Origin: the human T2T-CHM13v2.0 reference genome, Homo sapiens
Reading direction: 5' to 3' (one strand)
DNA length: 64,000 nucleotides
NCBI RefSeq assembly: GCF_009914755.1
Contig: NC_060937.1
Part shown: positions 14,063 to 26,920 of the stretch, piece after piece
How the letters are laid out: the number at the start of each line of letters is the position of its first letter
How positions within the stretch are numbered: the first letter of the stretch is position 1
Position numbers and translations under genes: made by a program
The notes under the pieces: model-generated
Seen by the model: the letters and a program-made list of their open reading frames with translations, nothing else
The model's database searches: none
What the model was told of the DNA's origin: nothing

Positions 14063-16284
14063 CATTTATAGTAATATTTATGAATTCCAACATATTAGAT
14101 TTATCAGCTTCTATAAATAATCATCTTTGAAATGATAAAAATCGGTTCTACCTGTGATTCTTTTCTGACATGAGAAGTTGCAGGTGCATATGAGATGATC
14201 TACTGACTTTTCTTCTCAAGGTATTCTTTGGAAGCAGTGGGATTTGGCTTGGTTGTAGAAGAACTCAGTATCTAGTTTGCCAGGCAGACTTCTCGTGGAT
14301 CTCCAGCAACTGGAATGCCTTCACCAAGAAGGCAGTCTCTTCCATGCTTCAGCCACTGGGAGATCATTGACACTCAAATACTTGAAGATTTCCACTGGGA
14401 GTCAGTTATGAAAAGACCTGTTAGTGGAAGGTCAGGACCTCCTACCAGCACATCATAGTCTCAGGAAATCTGTTTATTTAAATCTGACAAGTGTATAATG
14501 CTTATATGGCCCAAACTGGCTTTCCTTGGTGTATATACTTAGACATGATGGTTATAGTGAGAATCCACTGAAACTGCACCAGCTTCACAGTTCACATTAT
14601 GAAATGTGTTGGCTTTCTCACTCAAAGCAATAATTTCTGTAGGACACACAAAGGTGAATGCCAAAGGATAAGAGAAGAGCATGAAATATTTTTTTAAGTC
14701 AAGCCTAAAGTCAAGGCTTAGTTCTTTGAACTCTTCCCTGGCAATGGCAATATACTTAAAATAGTAGGTTTCTGAGGAACTTACCCATTCATTCACTCAT
14801 GCAATTGAAGAATGTAGCAAATGTGTACTGAGAACCTTCACTGTGCCAGCTTTGTGTAGAAAAAAAAAGGTTTGAAGTAATGTAAAGTGTTTGTTCCTGC
14901 TGTCTTTTGTTCTGTACGGAGTTATACTAAGTAGATAGTGGAGAGCAAAGCAAACTTGCAACCACTTTCCTTTCTTAAAGAAGAAACATTGAAGGGGCCA
15001 GCTGCTACATGCATTGCTCATCTTCACAATGTGTACTATGTCCTGACAAAGTGTGAGGAATATTAAATACCGTACTCTATGTCACAAAAATGTTTCCTGA
15101 TAATTCAGAATAATGGAGAAACAATTCATTTTGAGACATACTGAGACAAATTTATGCTCGGTCAATTTTTAAAATTTAAATTTTCTGTTAAAAATCATAA
15201 AAGCAAAAAGAAAGCATGGAAACTAATGAAATAATATGACATTTTACAAAGAAATTTCCTCATAAGTCGTCTTTCCTCATGTAAAGATAACATCAGACAG
15301 CTAAGCATTCCAAAAATGCTAAAATGCTTGAAGCTTTGGTCTTACAAATACCTAGCATTTGTCACCCTTCTAAGAGATTTTAGCGATCAATAAGGTCCCC
15401 ATATCTCATCTTATTTTTGTTCTTTTTAGAAGATGAAACATTCCCTAAACCTGCCCAGAAATAATGGCAAAATTAAAACTAAAAACCCAAGTTATCTGCC
15501 TCCTAGTCTAAAACTCTTTCTGCCTAATTATGATTCCCTTTAGTAAAGTATTTTTAAATGTTTTTTCAGCTTATCATTTCTACCAATCTCATCCAAAATA
15601 TTTATTTCAACACAGTATTATCAAAAAGTAATCTGATTTTACATTATCCAAAAAATAATTCACAAACTATATGCAACCTTTAACTTTTGTAGACTATAAT
15701 TCCAACATATAACTGGGTCTTACAAGTATATCCCTATTACTCTGAGCTTGCAATATGTATTTTATAGAAAAGAGGCAATCATCACCCATGGCTATGTCCA
15801 GGGAACGCCAAGGAAAAAAATAGGACAAATTTGGCAAGTCTTGCTAAACACAATGTTACAAAAACCCTGTGATGAGCCAATTTCAGAAAGAAAATAATGT
15901 AGTGCTAGAGAAAAATGACCTTAAAGAAACACTGAGGCTAGAGTTTTCTGAGATGTCTAATTAGTTTTTAAAGAAAAGCTCTGTGTGTATTTGCCCTGTG
16001 TGTCTATTAGGTTTAAGAACTGGTAATGTGTTAGCATAATAAGCAGCTTTAATTAATTGCCAGAGTTGAATTATCTGACTATATATCTTTTCAGGAGGCT
16101 TATAGTCTGCTGAAGAGAATAATATTCCTGGAAGGTGGAAGTGCATCACTCAAGTAAATGACTATGGGCATCTGTTTGTCTGCTCTAGAACCTCCATGCA
16201 AGTTTAGGGTTCATTCTAAGGTGGTTGGAGTATTTTCAGTAAAGGCTTTAAAAATTCATTATGTGTAGGATATTTTATTTCACA

Positions 16285-17480
16285 CAGGGAAAGAATAGAA
16301 TCATTCAATGGTAATGGATTAGTGTTGGATATGCCAGTATGAATTCATGTTTAGCTAAACATAAATACATATGGTTACCTATAGAAATATGTATAAAAAT
16401 GTATATATATATATATAGTTGGTACACACACATATATTTTCATTTCTCATCAGCCCTAAATTAATGATACCCCAGTAGCAAAGAGCATACCTATGCCTGG
16501 CTCCAGGTTTCTTATATTATTCTCCAGAAAAGGAACCAGGATTTCTTAGAGTAATGCTGATTTGAGGATTGGGGAAAAAATATACAAGATCAGCCTGGAG
16601 TAGTGTTAGAAAGAAGTGTTAACAAAAAATTATGGAGATATGACAAAGGGACACAAAAGTTGGCTGAAAGATCCATCAATGACCAAAGCTGGAACAATTT
16701 GAGCAGAAAAATTAAGTAGCATTGAACTATAACCCAAAGCATGAAATAAATACCCATGAGTTCATAGTAATATAAATGATTAAAAATAAATAAGTGAGGG
16801 AAGAATAGACAAATGTACTACGCAAAAGAATCCTACAGACAGTCTGCTCTTAAAGAGGTGGAACATAATTCCCCGCTCCTTATGGGTAGGCTATGCAAAG
16901 TGATTTCCTTTCAAAGAGTAGAGTGTGAAAAGAGGAAAAAGAATAACTTTGCTGGGGAGAAACCTGACCAAAAACTGTCTCAGCTAGGTAATCAAGGTTA
17001 ACATCAACAGTGGTAGGTCACGTTAATTGTATGTACACTTCATATGATGTGATGAGAATGGCGCTTTACCTCAGTGGTCTTTCTCCCAAGAACACATAAG
17101 TGAAGTCTAATCACAAGAAAAACATCAGACAAAGTCCGGTTGAGGGACATTATACAAAGCTTCTAAGCAGTACTCCTGAAAACAAGCAAGATTGTCAAAA
17201 ACAAGATAATTCTGAGAAACTGTCAGAGCCAATAGGAGCCAAAGAAGACATGACAACTAATGTAATGTGCTATCCTGGATGGGAGCCTGAATAAAGTACA
17301 GTGTTGAATTTAGTTTATAATAGTGTGTCAATATTGGTTCGTTAATTGTAACAAATATAACAAATACACCAAACTCATGTTAGATGTTAATAATAGGGGA
17401 AGTTGAGTGGGAATATATGGAAACTCTACTATCTTCATAATTTTTCTCTAAATCTGAAATTGTGTTAAAATAAAAGTATA
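16285..17480 (+). mobile_element. Old L1 3' region (L1MC/L1MD-like)
   Basis: gataccccagtagcaa...aaaaggaaccagg...aatgtgctatcctggatggg...tcaatattggttcgttaattgtaacaaat...gatgttaataataggg...taaatctgaaattgtgttaaaataaaa. Confidence 0.8.
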
Positions 17481-17595
17481 CATCTGAATACATATACATA
17501 CATAATAAAAGTATGCATATGAATACATATACATACATAAACATATACACATTTCATATATACATATACATATGTATATGTATATACATATATAT
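17478..17595. repeat. (TA/CATA)n low-complexity tract
   Basis: Repeated catatacata/tatatacat motifs at the L1 tail. Confidence 0.75.
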
Positions 17596-17729
17596 GGTTT
17601 GGAAACCACTGAACTATGATATGCAATATAGTCTGAAATTGTATTGTATGATAAATTTCAAATAATACAAGAACTGCCTATCTTGTTTATCAGTGTTTCT
17701 CTAGTACGTTATACAGCGCTTGTCACAGA

Positions 17730-18036
17730 TTTTTTTTTTTTCTTTAGAGGCAGAATCTTGTTCTGTCACCCAGGCTGGAATGCAGTGGCATGATCATAGC
17801 TCACTGGAGCCTCAAATTCCTGGGCTCTAATAATGCTCCTATCTCAGCCTCCTGAGTAGCTGGGGCTGCAGGCACATACCATCACACAATTAGCCTGGCA
17901 AATGTTTTCGTTTTTTTTGTAGAGACGGGGTCTTGCTTTGTTGCCTGACTAGTCTCAAACTCCTGGCCTCAAGGAATCCTCCTGCCTCAGCCTCCCAAAG
18001 TGCTGGGATTACAGGTATGAGCCACTGTGCCTAGCA
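17730..18036 (-). mobile_element. AluJ
   Basis: Antisense Alu with J diagnostics (gatcatagctcactg, cctgggctc, ttttgtagagac). Confidence 0.9.
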
Positions 18037-19549
18037 AAAAAGAAAAAAATTCTTTAAAAAATACTCATTGAATGGATATAGATACAGAACTATGCGTATT
18101 TGTGTATTCATGCATGTCTATATATCTTACAATTTATATGTATGTAATTATATATCATTTTCTATGTTAAATGTTTCACATATGTAATATTAACTGAATC
18201 TGTGATAATTTAGAAATGTGTTCAATTGAAGTCCCCAAATGACTCCCCAATCTACTTGTATCAAGGTTCCAATTTAATTTTTTTCAAATAATTTGCATGA
18301 TTGCAAACAGTAGTTTGCCTACCAGTGTATAAAACTTAAAAATGATCACGTGTCACTCAACAAGGGCTCATTCATTGTATGTAATGCACTTCCTTGTGGA
18401 TTTCCTTGAGGTACTTGATCTATCTTCTGACTCTAAATTCCTCTAAATGCCCACAGGCCTAATTTTAGTTGAAGAATGTCACGTTAATTTAGAGAATTGT
18501 TTTGAACTAATTTATGTTTACATATGCTTGGTGTAACCTTGAGTCCTATGCTCTTTGTGATTAGTATTCACGTTTGTAAGTGTGCTGGCCAATATATATA
18601 TTATAATTGTCATTTTCCTGAGGCAGTGATTTTGATCCATGGTCACAAAATCAAAATTTTCCTGACAGGCACTGAGGGTCTGGATACAGGGAAGGTGTGT
18701 ATAATCTCTTGCTCATTGGGGCCAGTAGTACATAGATTCCGGCTGTATATGTGTCTCAGCAGTTTAAAAACTTTTGTCACTTTTTATCTGAACTTTCTCT
18801 TTACTGAGGCATGCTTGAACATTTGGCTTTCTCAGTCTCTCTCTCTCTCTGTGTGTCTGTCTCTTTCTCTCTCTTCTTATTTGTACTTTGATAAATGACT
18901 AGGCCTCTCATACTGTTTTTGAGTCTTCAATTGGGGTGAAATTAATACATTTAGTAATAGTAATTAATAAATGGGGGTAGGCTGTTTCCAGTTTTGAACT
19001 CACAGTATATTTATTATTTTATAAGATACATAAAGATTTTTCTCTCCATTTATATGGTATTCACTAACTAAAGCATTGAAAGCATTAACTACAATACAGT
19101 GCTATCACCATATACAGTTATAGCTTCTATTTTATGTGAATAACTTCATGGTTATTTTCATGGCTTTTCTTATTGCACAGGACTATGAGAAGAAAACATA
19201 TTTTATAAACTGCCATGGATGGTGTCTCTAATGCACTCACACCTGATCCATGACGTGTGACACAGCTGCTCCTGAATGGGTTCAGATACTTGATACTTAT
19301 GTGTATTTTATGTCATCTGTCAGCAACCTGACCAGTTGTGGCTTATGTGGCAAATGACAGACAGAAAATGTTTATTGTGTCTTAACATGTGCCTTTCGGG
19401 GAAGATCTACTTAACATTCATTCAGTTATTAATAAATTAGATGGACATTCATTGAATATCTAGTGTACTTAATGCATTATCATGAGTGATATTGAGTGTA
19501 ATATTAAGGTTCGCTTTCTTTTATGCTCACAAATATTAACTAAATAAGC

Positions 19550-19845
19550 TATTGAAACAGGCAACAACGTGGGTGAATCCCAAAAACAGTAGGTCATGTG
19601 AATGAAGCCAACACATATTATAAGAAATTGCCAAAACATGCTGCAAAGTTGAAAGAATTTTAGAGAGAACATATGTATACCTACCACCTAGTCATAGGAT
19701 GACTTTTACATGAAGTCCCAGAAGAGGCAATGCTAATCTCTGGTGGCAAAGAGTCAGAATGGCAGTTGTTTCCAGAGAAGCAATAGCAGGAATTGACTAG
19801 AAGGAGGCATGAGAAAACTTCCTAAAGTGCTGGGCATGTTCTTTT
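19550..19845 (+). mobile_element. L1ME-like 3' fragment
   Basis: caacaacgtgggtgaatcccaaaaac...gctaatctctggtggcaaagagtcagaatgg...gaattgactagaaggaggcatgag. Confidence 0.55.
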
Positions 19846-19849
19846 CATT

Positions 19850-20088
19850 TAAATATTTTTTAACTGGCAGATAAAAGTTTATGTATTTATCATGTATAAC
19901 ATGATGTTTTGAAGTATTTATACATTGTAGAAGATTAAGTCTAGCTAATCAACCTATACATTACCTTATATAGTTATCATTTTTGCAGTGAGAACACTTA
20001 ACATTCACTCTCTTAGCACTTTTCAAACATGCAATATATTATTTTTAACTATAGTCACAAGATACAAAATTTCAGTTAGATAAAAGAG
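19850..20088 (-). mobile_element. L1MA 3' end with short inverted 5' segment
   Basis: Antisense L1MA 3' end to ...taactatagtcac (20058), then sense-orientation aagatacaaaatttcagttagata. Confidence 0.8.
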
Positions 20089-20199
20089 CATATATTATTT
20101 CTATTTCTTAAGCGAATGTATCCTAAAGATTTGGACATTCCATTATATGTAACTTCTAAATTAAAATCATTTTTAAAGTAAGTTCTAATTAACTTTATG

Positions 20200-20385
20200 C
20201 ATACCAAAGTATTCAGGAAAAAGTATATTTATCTCTGCATCTACTTTAAAATGCATCAAAAATAAGATGGAGCAACACATATTAAAACAATAAATGGTAG
20301 AAACTGGATGGTAGGTATAAAGAGGTTCTCTGTGAAATTCTTTCAACTTTGCAGTATGTTTTGAAAATTTTTCATATGTTAAAAG
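20200..20385 (+). mobile_element. Old L1 (L1ME/MC-like) 3' end
   Basis: tctgcatctactttaaaatgcatcaaaaataagatgg...aaattctttcaactttgcagtatgttttgaaaattttt. Confidence 0.55.
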
Positions 20386-21154
20386 TGGCCTTTCAAAAAA
20401 ATTAAATGATTGTGTTAATATTGAAGCTTACTTTTTCATATTTACTAATATATTGGCATTTTTAGAATTATTGTATAAATTTTTATTAGATATTCTTCAG
20501 AAGAGATCTCTGATTGTTACTTCTTCATGGCAAAGGTTATAAGAATCAAACAAAACAAATGCTAAGTTCCTATTTGTATTCAATGTCAGAAACTTAGAGT
20601 TAGTTGCACCATGAAAAGTCACATGGTCCATTTCCCACACCAGTCTTCTAAGTCAGAGAGTATCCTTAGCCATCAATGCTATAATACATGATGTTCGCTA
20701 GTCCCCCGGTGTTTGCTGCTTCTGACATTAACAGAAATTTAAATCCTTCATAGTTACAACATCTGGTTAGCACCAATGGAAGGAAAGATCATTTGGATAT
20801 AGAAGCCAGGCCATATAGCAACATTTATCTTTTTTCAAAATAGAAAGTGCATGGATTTTGTTGGATCAAGAATGTTAACTGTCTTCATCATACACTAATT
20901 AAGACCATTAGTTATCAATGCCTCTCATTCCATAGAGAGGGTCCCAGTGGATAACTTCCAACAATTTATTTTATAGATTTTGTTCATTAGTATTTCATAA
21001 GATGCTGGTATTGCCAAGTGTTTTAACTTACAGAAATGGAGACATTCTAAAAGACAGCCCAGAACAACTCAATTTTTTCATAATAGCACTCACTCCAATA
21101 ACCACATAAAAATTCAAAAGTTCGATAAAAATTATTTTCTTTACATATTGGAAT

Positions 21155-22500
21155 TCAGTTGCTACGTTTTATCCAGCAATCTCATTGCCAAAGGAAATGA
21201 AATCAGTATGTTGAAGAGGTATTTGTATGCCCATGTTCACTGCAGCATTACTCACAATAACCAAGATATGAAATCAACCTAAGTGTTCATCCCTTAGTGA
21301 TGAAACGATAAAGAAAATGCAGTATATATACACAATAAAATGATATTCAGCCATAAAAAAAGAGAAGAAAATTCTGTCACTTGTGACAACATGGGTGAAC
21401 CTAGAGGACATTAAGTTAAGTGAATTAAATCAGGCAAAGAAAGACAAATTGATACAGGAGATATAAATTATTTAGGCAGATAGTGAGGGTAAAAGAGTCC
21501 TTGGCAAGGCTTCCGTTCTAACAAAAAGCAGCCCGAGAAATGATTGTTTTCTAACAAAGAGCAGCCTGAAAAATTGAGCTCCAAACATAGATAAGCAAGC
21601 TGGAAGCTTCCGTGGGTGAATGCCAGCAGCTGTGCCAATCGAAAAACGCTACCAGGGGTCGGGCATATTCAACATGGAGGCTGCATTTTCCCTTTTATTT
21701 GTTACCACGTGCACAGTAAAAAATCAGGCACCATGGCGCTTGCCAGGTAGAAAACCCATCTGCATAATAAAAGATTAGGGTGGGGACAACCAGCTTTTTG
21801 TGCCCTATGCAAATGGCACACCTAGCCCTAACCAGTTTTTCGTGCCTTATGCAAATAGCACACCTGGTCTGACCCATCTTTCCTGCCCTCTGTAAATCAG
21901 ACACTACCTTCTCAAGCTCATTTATAAAGGCTACTACTGCATTTCACCGCGGAAGTGGAAATGCATTCAGGACCCCGCTTTCTGCAGGAGAGAGCTCTTC
22001 TTTTTCTTTCGCCTATTAGACCTCCGCTCTTAACCTCACTCCTTGTGTTTCTGTGTCCTTGATTTCCTCAGCGTGAGACAACGAACCTTGGATATTACCC
22101 CAGACAAACGAGGCTGCTTCAGAATATCACACGTTCTTATTCATATGTGGAATCTAAAAGAGTTGATTTCATAGAAATGGAGATTAGAATGGTGTTTACT
22201 AGAGGCTGGAATGGTTATGTTGGATGAGGGGATTAGGAAGATGTTGGTCAAAGGATATATACTTACAGTTAGAGAGCAGGACTCAGATCAAGACATCTAC
22301 TGTACAGCATGATGACAATACTGACGACATACTGTACCCTTAAAAATGCTAATGAACTGGATGTTAAGTGTTCTCACTACAAAAATAACTGTGAGGTAAA
22401 TGCATTTGTTAATTAGCTAGACTTAATCATTCCACGATGTATATATACTTCAAAATAGCATGTTATGCAAAATAAATACATACAATTTTAAAAATAAAAT
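21155..22500 (+). mobile_element. L1MA ORF2-end/3'UTR fragment split by LTR9
   Basis: ccagcaatc...cccatgttcactgcagcattactcacaataaccaagat...aaagacaaat | atcacacgttcttattcatatgtggaatctaaaa...3' end; continuous across the LTR. Confidence 0.85.
21450..22121 (+). mobile_element. LTR9/LTR9B-like ERV1 (HUERS-P3) solo LTR
   Basis: tgatacaggag...aattatttaggcagatagtgagggt...gataagcaagctggaagctt...accccagacaaacgaggctgcttca; TG..CA ends; 4-bp TSD aaat/gaat. Confidence 0.85.
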
Positions 22501-22824
22501 GTTAAGAGTAAATAAATTCACCATGTTTTGTTTTGCTTTGTTTTTCTCTAATAAATTACAGCATTCAATTAATAAATAACGTATTTTCTCATTGCTGGTC
22601 TAATTATTTTTCTTTCCTATAAAGATAGTCATAGCTGACAGGTTGATCTTATAGTTGGCAGCCAGGTATGAAAGTAACAATATATTTCAATACATACAAA
22701 TGTAAAATGATGCCATAATACAATTATTATCATTTTCTCATATCTAATATATATTGTATAATAAGCTATACTTTTATATTTAATTTTAATCTACTAATTA
22801 TACTTTAGTATAATCCCTTATTCT

Positions 22825-23200
22825 TTTATCCAACTGACATGCATTGAGTACTTAACTGTGCCAGGCATTCTGAGTGCTGGAATCAGACTTATAAAAAGTC
22901 CTAATCAGGAATCTATTAAATGGAGATGGCTCAGGGAAGAGACCCTTAGCACAATTCAGAGGACAAGCAAAAGTAAAGTTATGAAAGCGTTGTATATTCA
23001 AGGAAGACTATTTCACTGCTCTTGGGCCACAGAAGCACATAAATAGGATGGAGAGATGATGAGCCTGGAGAGACAGGCTTGGAAGAGATGAGGTAGGCCT
23101 TATATGTTAAGCTAAGGAGTTGGTTCTACACCATGAAGACAGTAAGGAGGCACTGAAAAATTGTGAGTATTTGAGTGCTACAAACAGAAATGTTTATGAA
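22825..23200 (-). mobile_element. L2 fragment
   Basis: cattgagtacttaactgtgccaggcattctgagtgctggaat; ggccttatatgttaagctaaggagtt. Confidence 0.55.
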
Positions 23201-24431
23201 TTCTGCCTGACTAAAGCCTAATAGTTATGGTCTCTGGGCATGCAATGCTGTTTTAGGGCTCCATCTATCTCCCCTTCTTGAATGTAGGCTCTTGCCAGCA
23301 CTGAGGCCATGTTCTATTCCAGACATGCTGACTGGTTCGACTCCTCCCTACCTTATGCGCCTTGTTGCTCCTGCTGTCTTGATATGTGCAGCAAGCTCAT
23401 GATTTTGCTTCATGAAAAATGAGGTGGTAGAGGAATGCTAATGATAGTGTATATGATGTTCACGATGTTCCCAAGGTGTGAAGTAGAACATCATAGCTAT
23501 TAAGAGTATGAGATTTGGGCTTCCATCTGCAGTGTTCAAAACCTGGTTGAGTTAGCTAGGCAAGTTAAGTAACATTTTCTTATCCATAAAAGAAATTGTA
23601 ACAGTAAGTTTAAGACCTAACTACTAAAACAGAGGCCCCAAAATGTGATATCTTAAACAAATTAGAAGTTTATTTCTTCTCTGTAACAGTCACTTATGTT
23701 CATATTCTATTAGTGCAATAGAGTTGTAGAGGAGATTTGGAAAGCATTCTGTCATATGCCCAGCTAAAACTCAGGAGTCATTAAGGAGGGGGGATGGTTG
23801 GGGGCAGCTGCAGGCTCTGCTATTAATAAAATGATAAGTGTACAAAGCTACCTTGTAATCTGCTGTATTTCATATGATCATGTGTAATGTTAGACATGGT
23901 AACTGGCATAAACAAGATATATAGTTGTAGCTTACATTTGTAATAATTATTATCAGCATTTTACATGAACATACATCCAAAGGAAGACTTGCTATTCAAT
24001 TGGCTCTGGGCTTAGAAAAAAAAACTGTGTTGTCAACTGAAAAGCAGTTATAGCATTAGTAGGGTTCCCAAAAATCTATTAGAGTCCCTTTCAGTAACTG
24101 TTATTCAACTTCAGCAGTCTGATATTATTTTTTCCCCTGTTTTAGTTCAAGATTCCAAGAATAGTTACATTGCATTCAGAGATTCTTAGCAGAATAAAGT
24201 TCTGTTTCCATGACTAGCTATAATGGATTATTTAAAGGGAACAAGTGAATTATGTGTACTTTGCAGCAGAATTGTTAATTGCCAACAGAAATTATATCTT
24301 AATATTTACTTCCTAAAATCATTCTCTTAAGATAACTGAAGTATTTTTTCATTTTAGCTTCAAGGCTCATTGTCAATGAAATTTTTTAAAACTACATATA
24401 TCCAATACATTTTTAAAAACATGTTTGTGAG

Positions 24432-24624
24432 AAAAAATTAAAAGTAGAATTGTTATATAATCCAGTAATTCTACTTCTCAGTATATATTCAAAAGAATTA
24501 AAAGCAGGAATTCAAACATGTACCACCATGTCCATAGCAGCATTATACACAATAGCCAAGATACAGAATCAACTTCAGTGTCTATCAACAAATAAATGGA
24601 TAAACATAATGTGGTATATACATA
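24432..24624 (+). mobile_element. L1 ORF2 C-terminal fragment (L1MA/MB-like)
   Basis: Translation YNPVILLLSIYSKE...MSIAALYTIAK..NQLQC..NKWINIMWYIH matches the L1 ORF2p C-terminal motif (DPAIPLLGIYP...MFIAALFTIAK...WIKKMWYI). Confidence 0.85.
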
Positions 24625-24851
24625 TGAAACCGTGCCCCAAAGACTTAAGGAAACCAATGGCCAAATTCTTAGGTTTACAGGATAGTAGATAAGAGAAGAA
24701 ACAATATGCTGAGATGCCTAAACTCAAACTCTGCCCCCAAAGAGTAAGAAAACAGTAACTAACAAAAATTCTTGAGTTTACAGGACAACAGAAAAGAAAC
24801 AGCCTGGTCAGACACTGAAACTCCCTCTGCTTGTGAGATCAAAAAGAACCT
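24625..24851 (+). mobile_element. 5' part of an ERV LTR (LTR47-like) with internal ~100-bp tandem duplication
   Basis: Begins tgaaaccgtgccccaaaga immediately after the L1 sequence; aaattctt..gtttacagga occurs twice. Confidence 0.6.
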
Positions 24852-24852
24852 G

Positions 24853-25103
24853 GGCCAGGTGAAGTGGCTCATACCTGTAATTCCAGCACTTCGGGAGGCT
24901 GAGGCAGGAGGATTGCTTGAGCCTAGGAGTTTGAGTCCAGCCTTGGCAACATAGCAAGACCCTGTCCAGCTAGGCGGAGGCAGGAGAATCACTTGAACCC
25001 AGGAGGTGGAAGTTGCAGTGGGCCAAGACGACACTACTGTACTCCAGCTTGGACCACAGAACACGACAGTCTTTAAACAAATAAATAAAATAAAATAAAT
25101 AAA
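24853..25103 (+). mobile_element. Chimeric/internally deleted Alu (J-like left arm, S-like right arm)
   Basis: Left arm ggaggattgcttgagcctaggagtttgag...gcaacatagcaagaccctgtc joined to gaggcaggagaatcacttgaacccaggagg; middle A-rich linker missing. Confidence 0.85.
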
Positions 25104-26709
25104 GATGATTGTTTCCCAGTTAATTATCTTGGCACACTCTCAAGGTTCCATTATAACTATTAAATCAGGGTTAGATAGCTAACATAAAATGGTTAATCTA
25201 CAGGCTTGCCAATGATAATGAAGTGACCTGAGTTCAAAACATTCTACCCAAGTAAGAAAGAGCTAGGTCAATGAGATCGTTTCCTCTTGGAAATTCAGAT
25301 AGGGACATACTAAAAGAATTGGACCATTAGTAACTGGAAGAGAAACTAAAGAATTATGAGGAAAAAAAGTTTGTTATGTAATAATTATGAATGAGCTGAA
25401 TTATTAAGAAGAGATGCTATAGGTAGAGAAAATATGGATGGAGTAGAGAATGATCTCTTTGATCTGTCATTTCTGAGAGGAAATGACAAAATGACCCCAG
25501 AGATGCAGAATCTAAAAGAGCTGAGTCATGTTTAAGGCAGAAGGAGAGATGACATAGACGCTGTTGCTAAGGGTCTTATACAACAGTTATTATTCTTGAA
25601 TTCCTAAGAACCCTTCCTCCTGTTAGCCACAGAGATTTGTTAGTCCTTGTGACCAAAATGACCATCCATATTTGTGCCACTGTTAAATCTATGGGCTTTT
25701 TGAAACACTCTTAAATGAAATGAAAAGGAACAGTTTATGTTAGTGGTATCTGGCTCAAAAGTTCCACAAATGCTACTTTCTCTGACGTAGTCCCAGACTT
25801 CCCTTGTAGGTTTCATAGGTACTGCCATCATTTTATAATTATCACAGAAGCCCCAAGTCATCCTGTTAACACAAGGATGCATGGCAATCTAAGTCATAAC
25901 TAAAATTCCTTTGATGTCGGGAGTAAATACTGTAATAAATTATGTATCAAACTTAACTGATGAACAAATGGAGCCCATCTAACTAACCTCTCCCTTCATA
26001 TTTTCTATTCATCCATCACAGTTTTTAAAAATTAATCTTAGAATCTTTCTTTCTACTCAAAAAAATATTTTGGATCAAATATGATACTTATCTTTTTTTC
26101 ACTTAGGATAAATCATATTGAAAATTAATGCACACAGATGCCATGAATACATGAGTATACATAGTCATTCTCTTAAACTCATTACGATCACCCTTTTGTC
26201 TTTGATTTCAAGTAATGCTGAGTCTTTAAAAAAAAAAATCTCACTTGCCAATAGATTACGTGTGAGAAGATAAACCTCCAGCAATGCAACTTTGCAAGAA
26301 GGCAGTAATATTCAGACAATTCAGACAAGAGTGATGGGGTAGAACTGAGATTCTAGGCAAAGTTCCCAGGTAGGGTACAATAGTAACATTCTTGAAGATT
26401 TAGAACTTCATTCAGATTTTTCTGAATGTTGACTTTGCTGCTTAAAATTAGTACTATATAAATCCTATATTTTCTGTGAAAATAATTGTTAAAATTGAGG
26501 CAGTTTCTATCACTGAACTAACTATCCAGTGCAGCATATGTTTGTTAAGCACATGTTGTGTATAGACACTGTGCTGCTATACGACAAGGTGCCAGGAAGA
26601 AAAAGAATCCATTTCTATACTGAAGAACCTCATGATCTATAGCAGGGAGAAATTTATAGGCAATTCCTTGACCTAAAAAAGAAAGCCCTAGATGCTGTTT
26701 TCTGAACCA

Positions 26710-26920
26710 CCTGGAATCAGTAAAACTGCTGGAGTTCAAACTTCATCTCTATAAACCTAATCAAGTTACTTAAACTATCTAATCACCCATAAAGTGGGGA
26801 GAGGTAACAGTTCCTACTTCATAATGTCTTGGAGATGATTCTATGAAGAGACAATGGGATGACAGATGTGCTTGTCACAGATTAGGCAATAGTACGACCC
26901 AATGAACATTAACTATTATC
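26710..26920 (+). mobile_element. MIR relic
   Basis: gagttcaaac...caagttacttaaactatct...cataaagtgggg..aacagttcctacttcata...cattaactattat. Confidence 0.5.

Noticed and set aside
19160-19260. Isolated strong plus-strand acceptors (19180; also 56060 and 59130)
   Set aside because: No matching strong donor at exon-like distance.
25170-25670. Possible very old ERVL/MaLR LTR
   Set aside because: Only a few motif-level resemblances (gtccttgtgaccaaaa); too degraded to call by eye.
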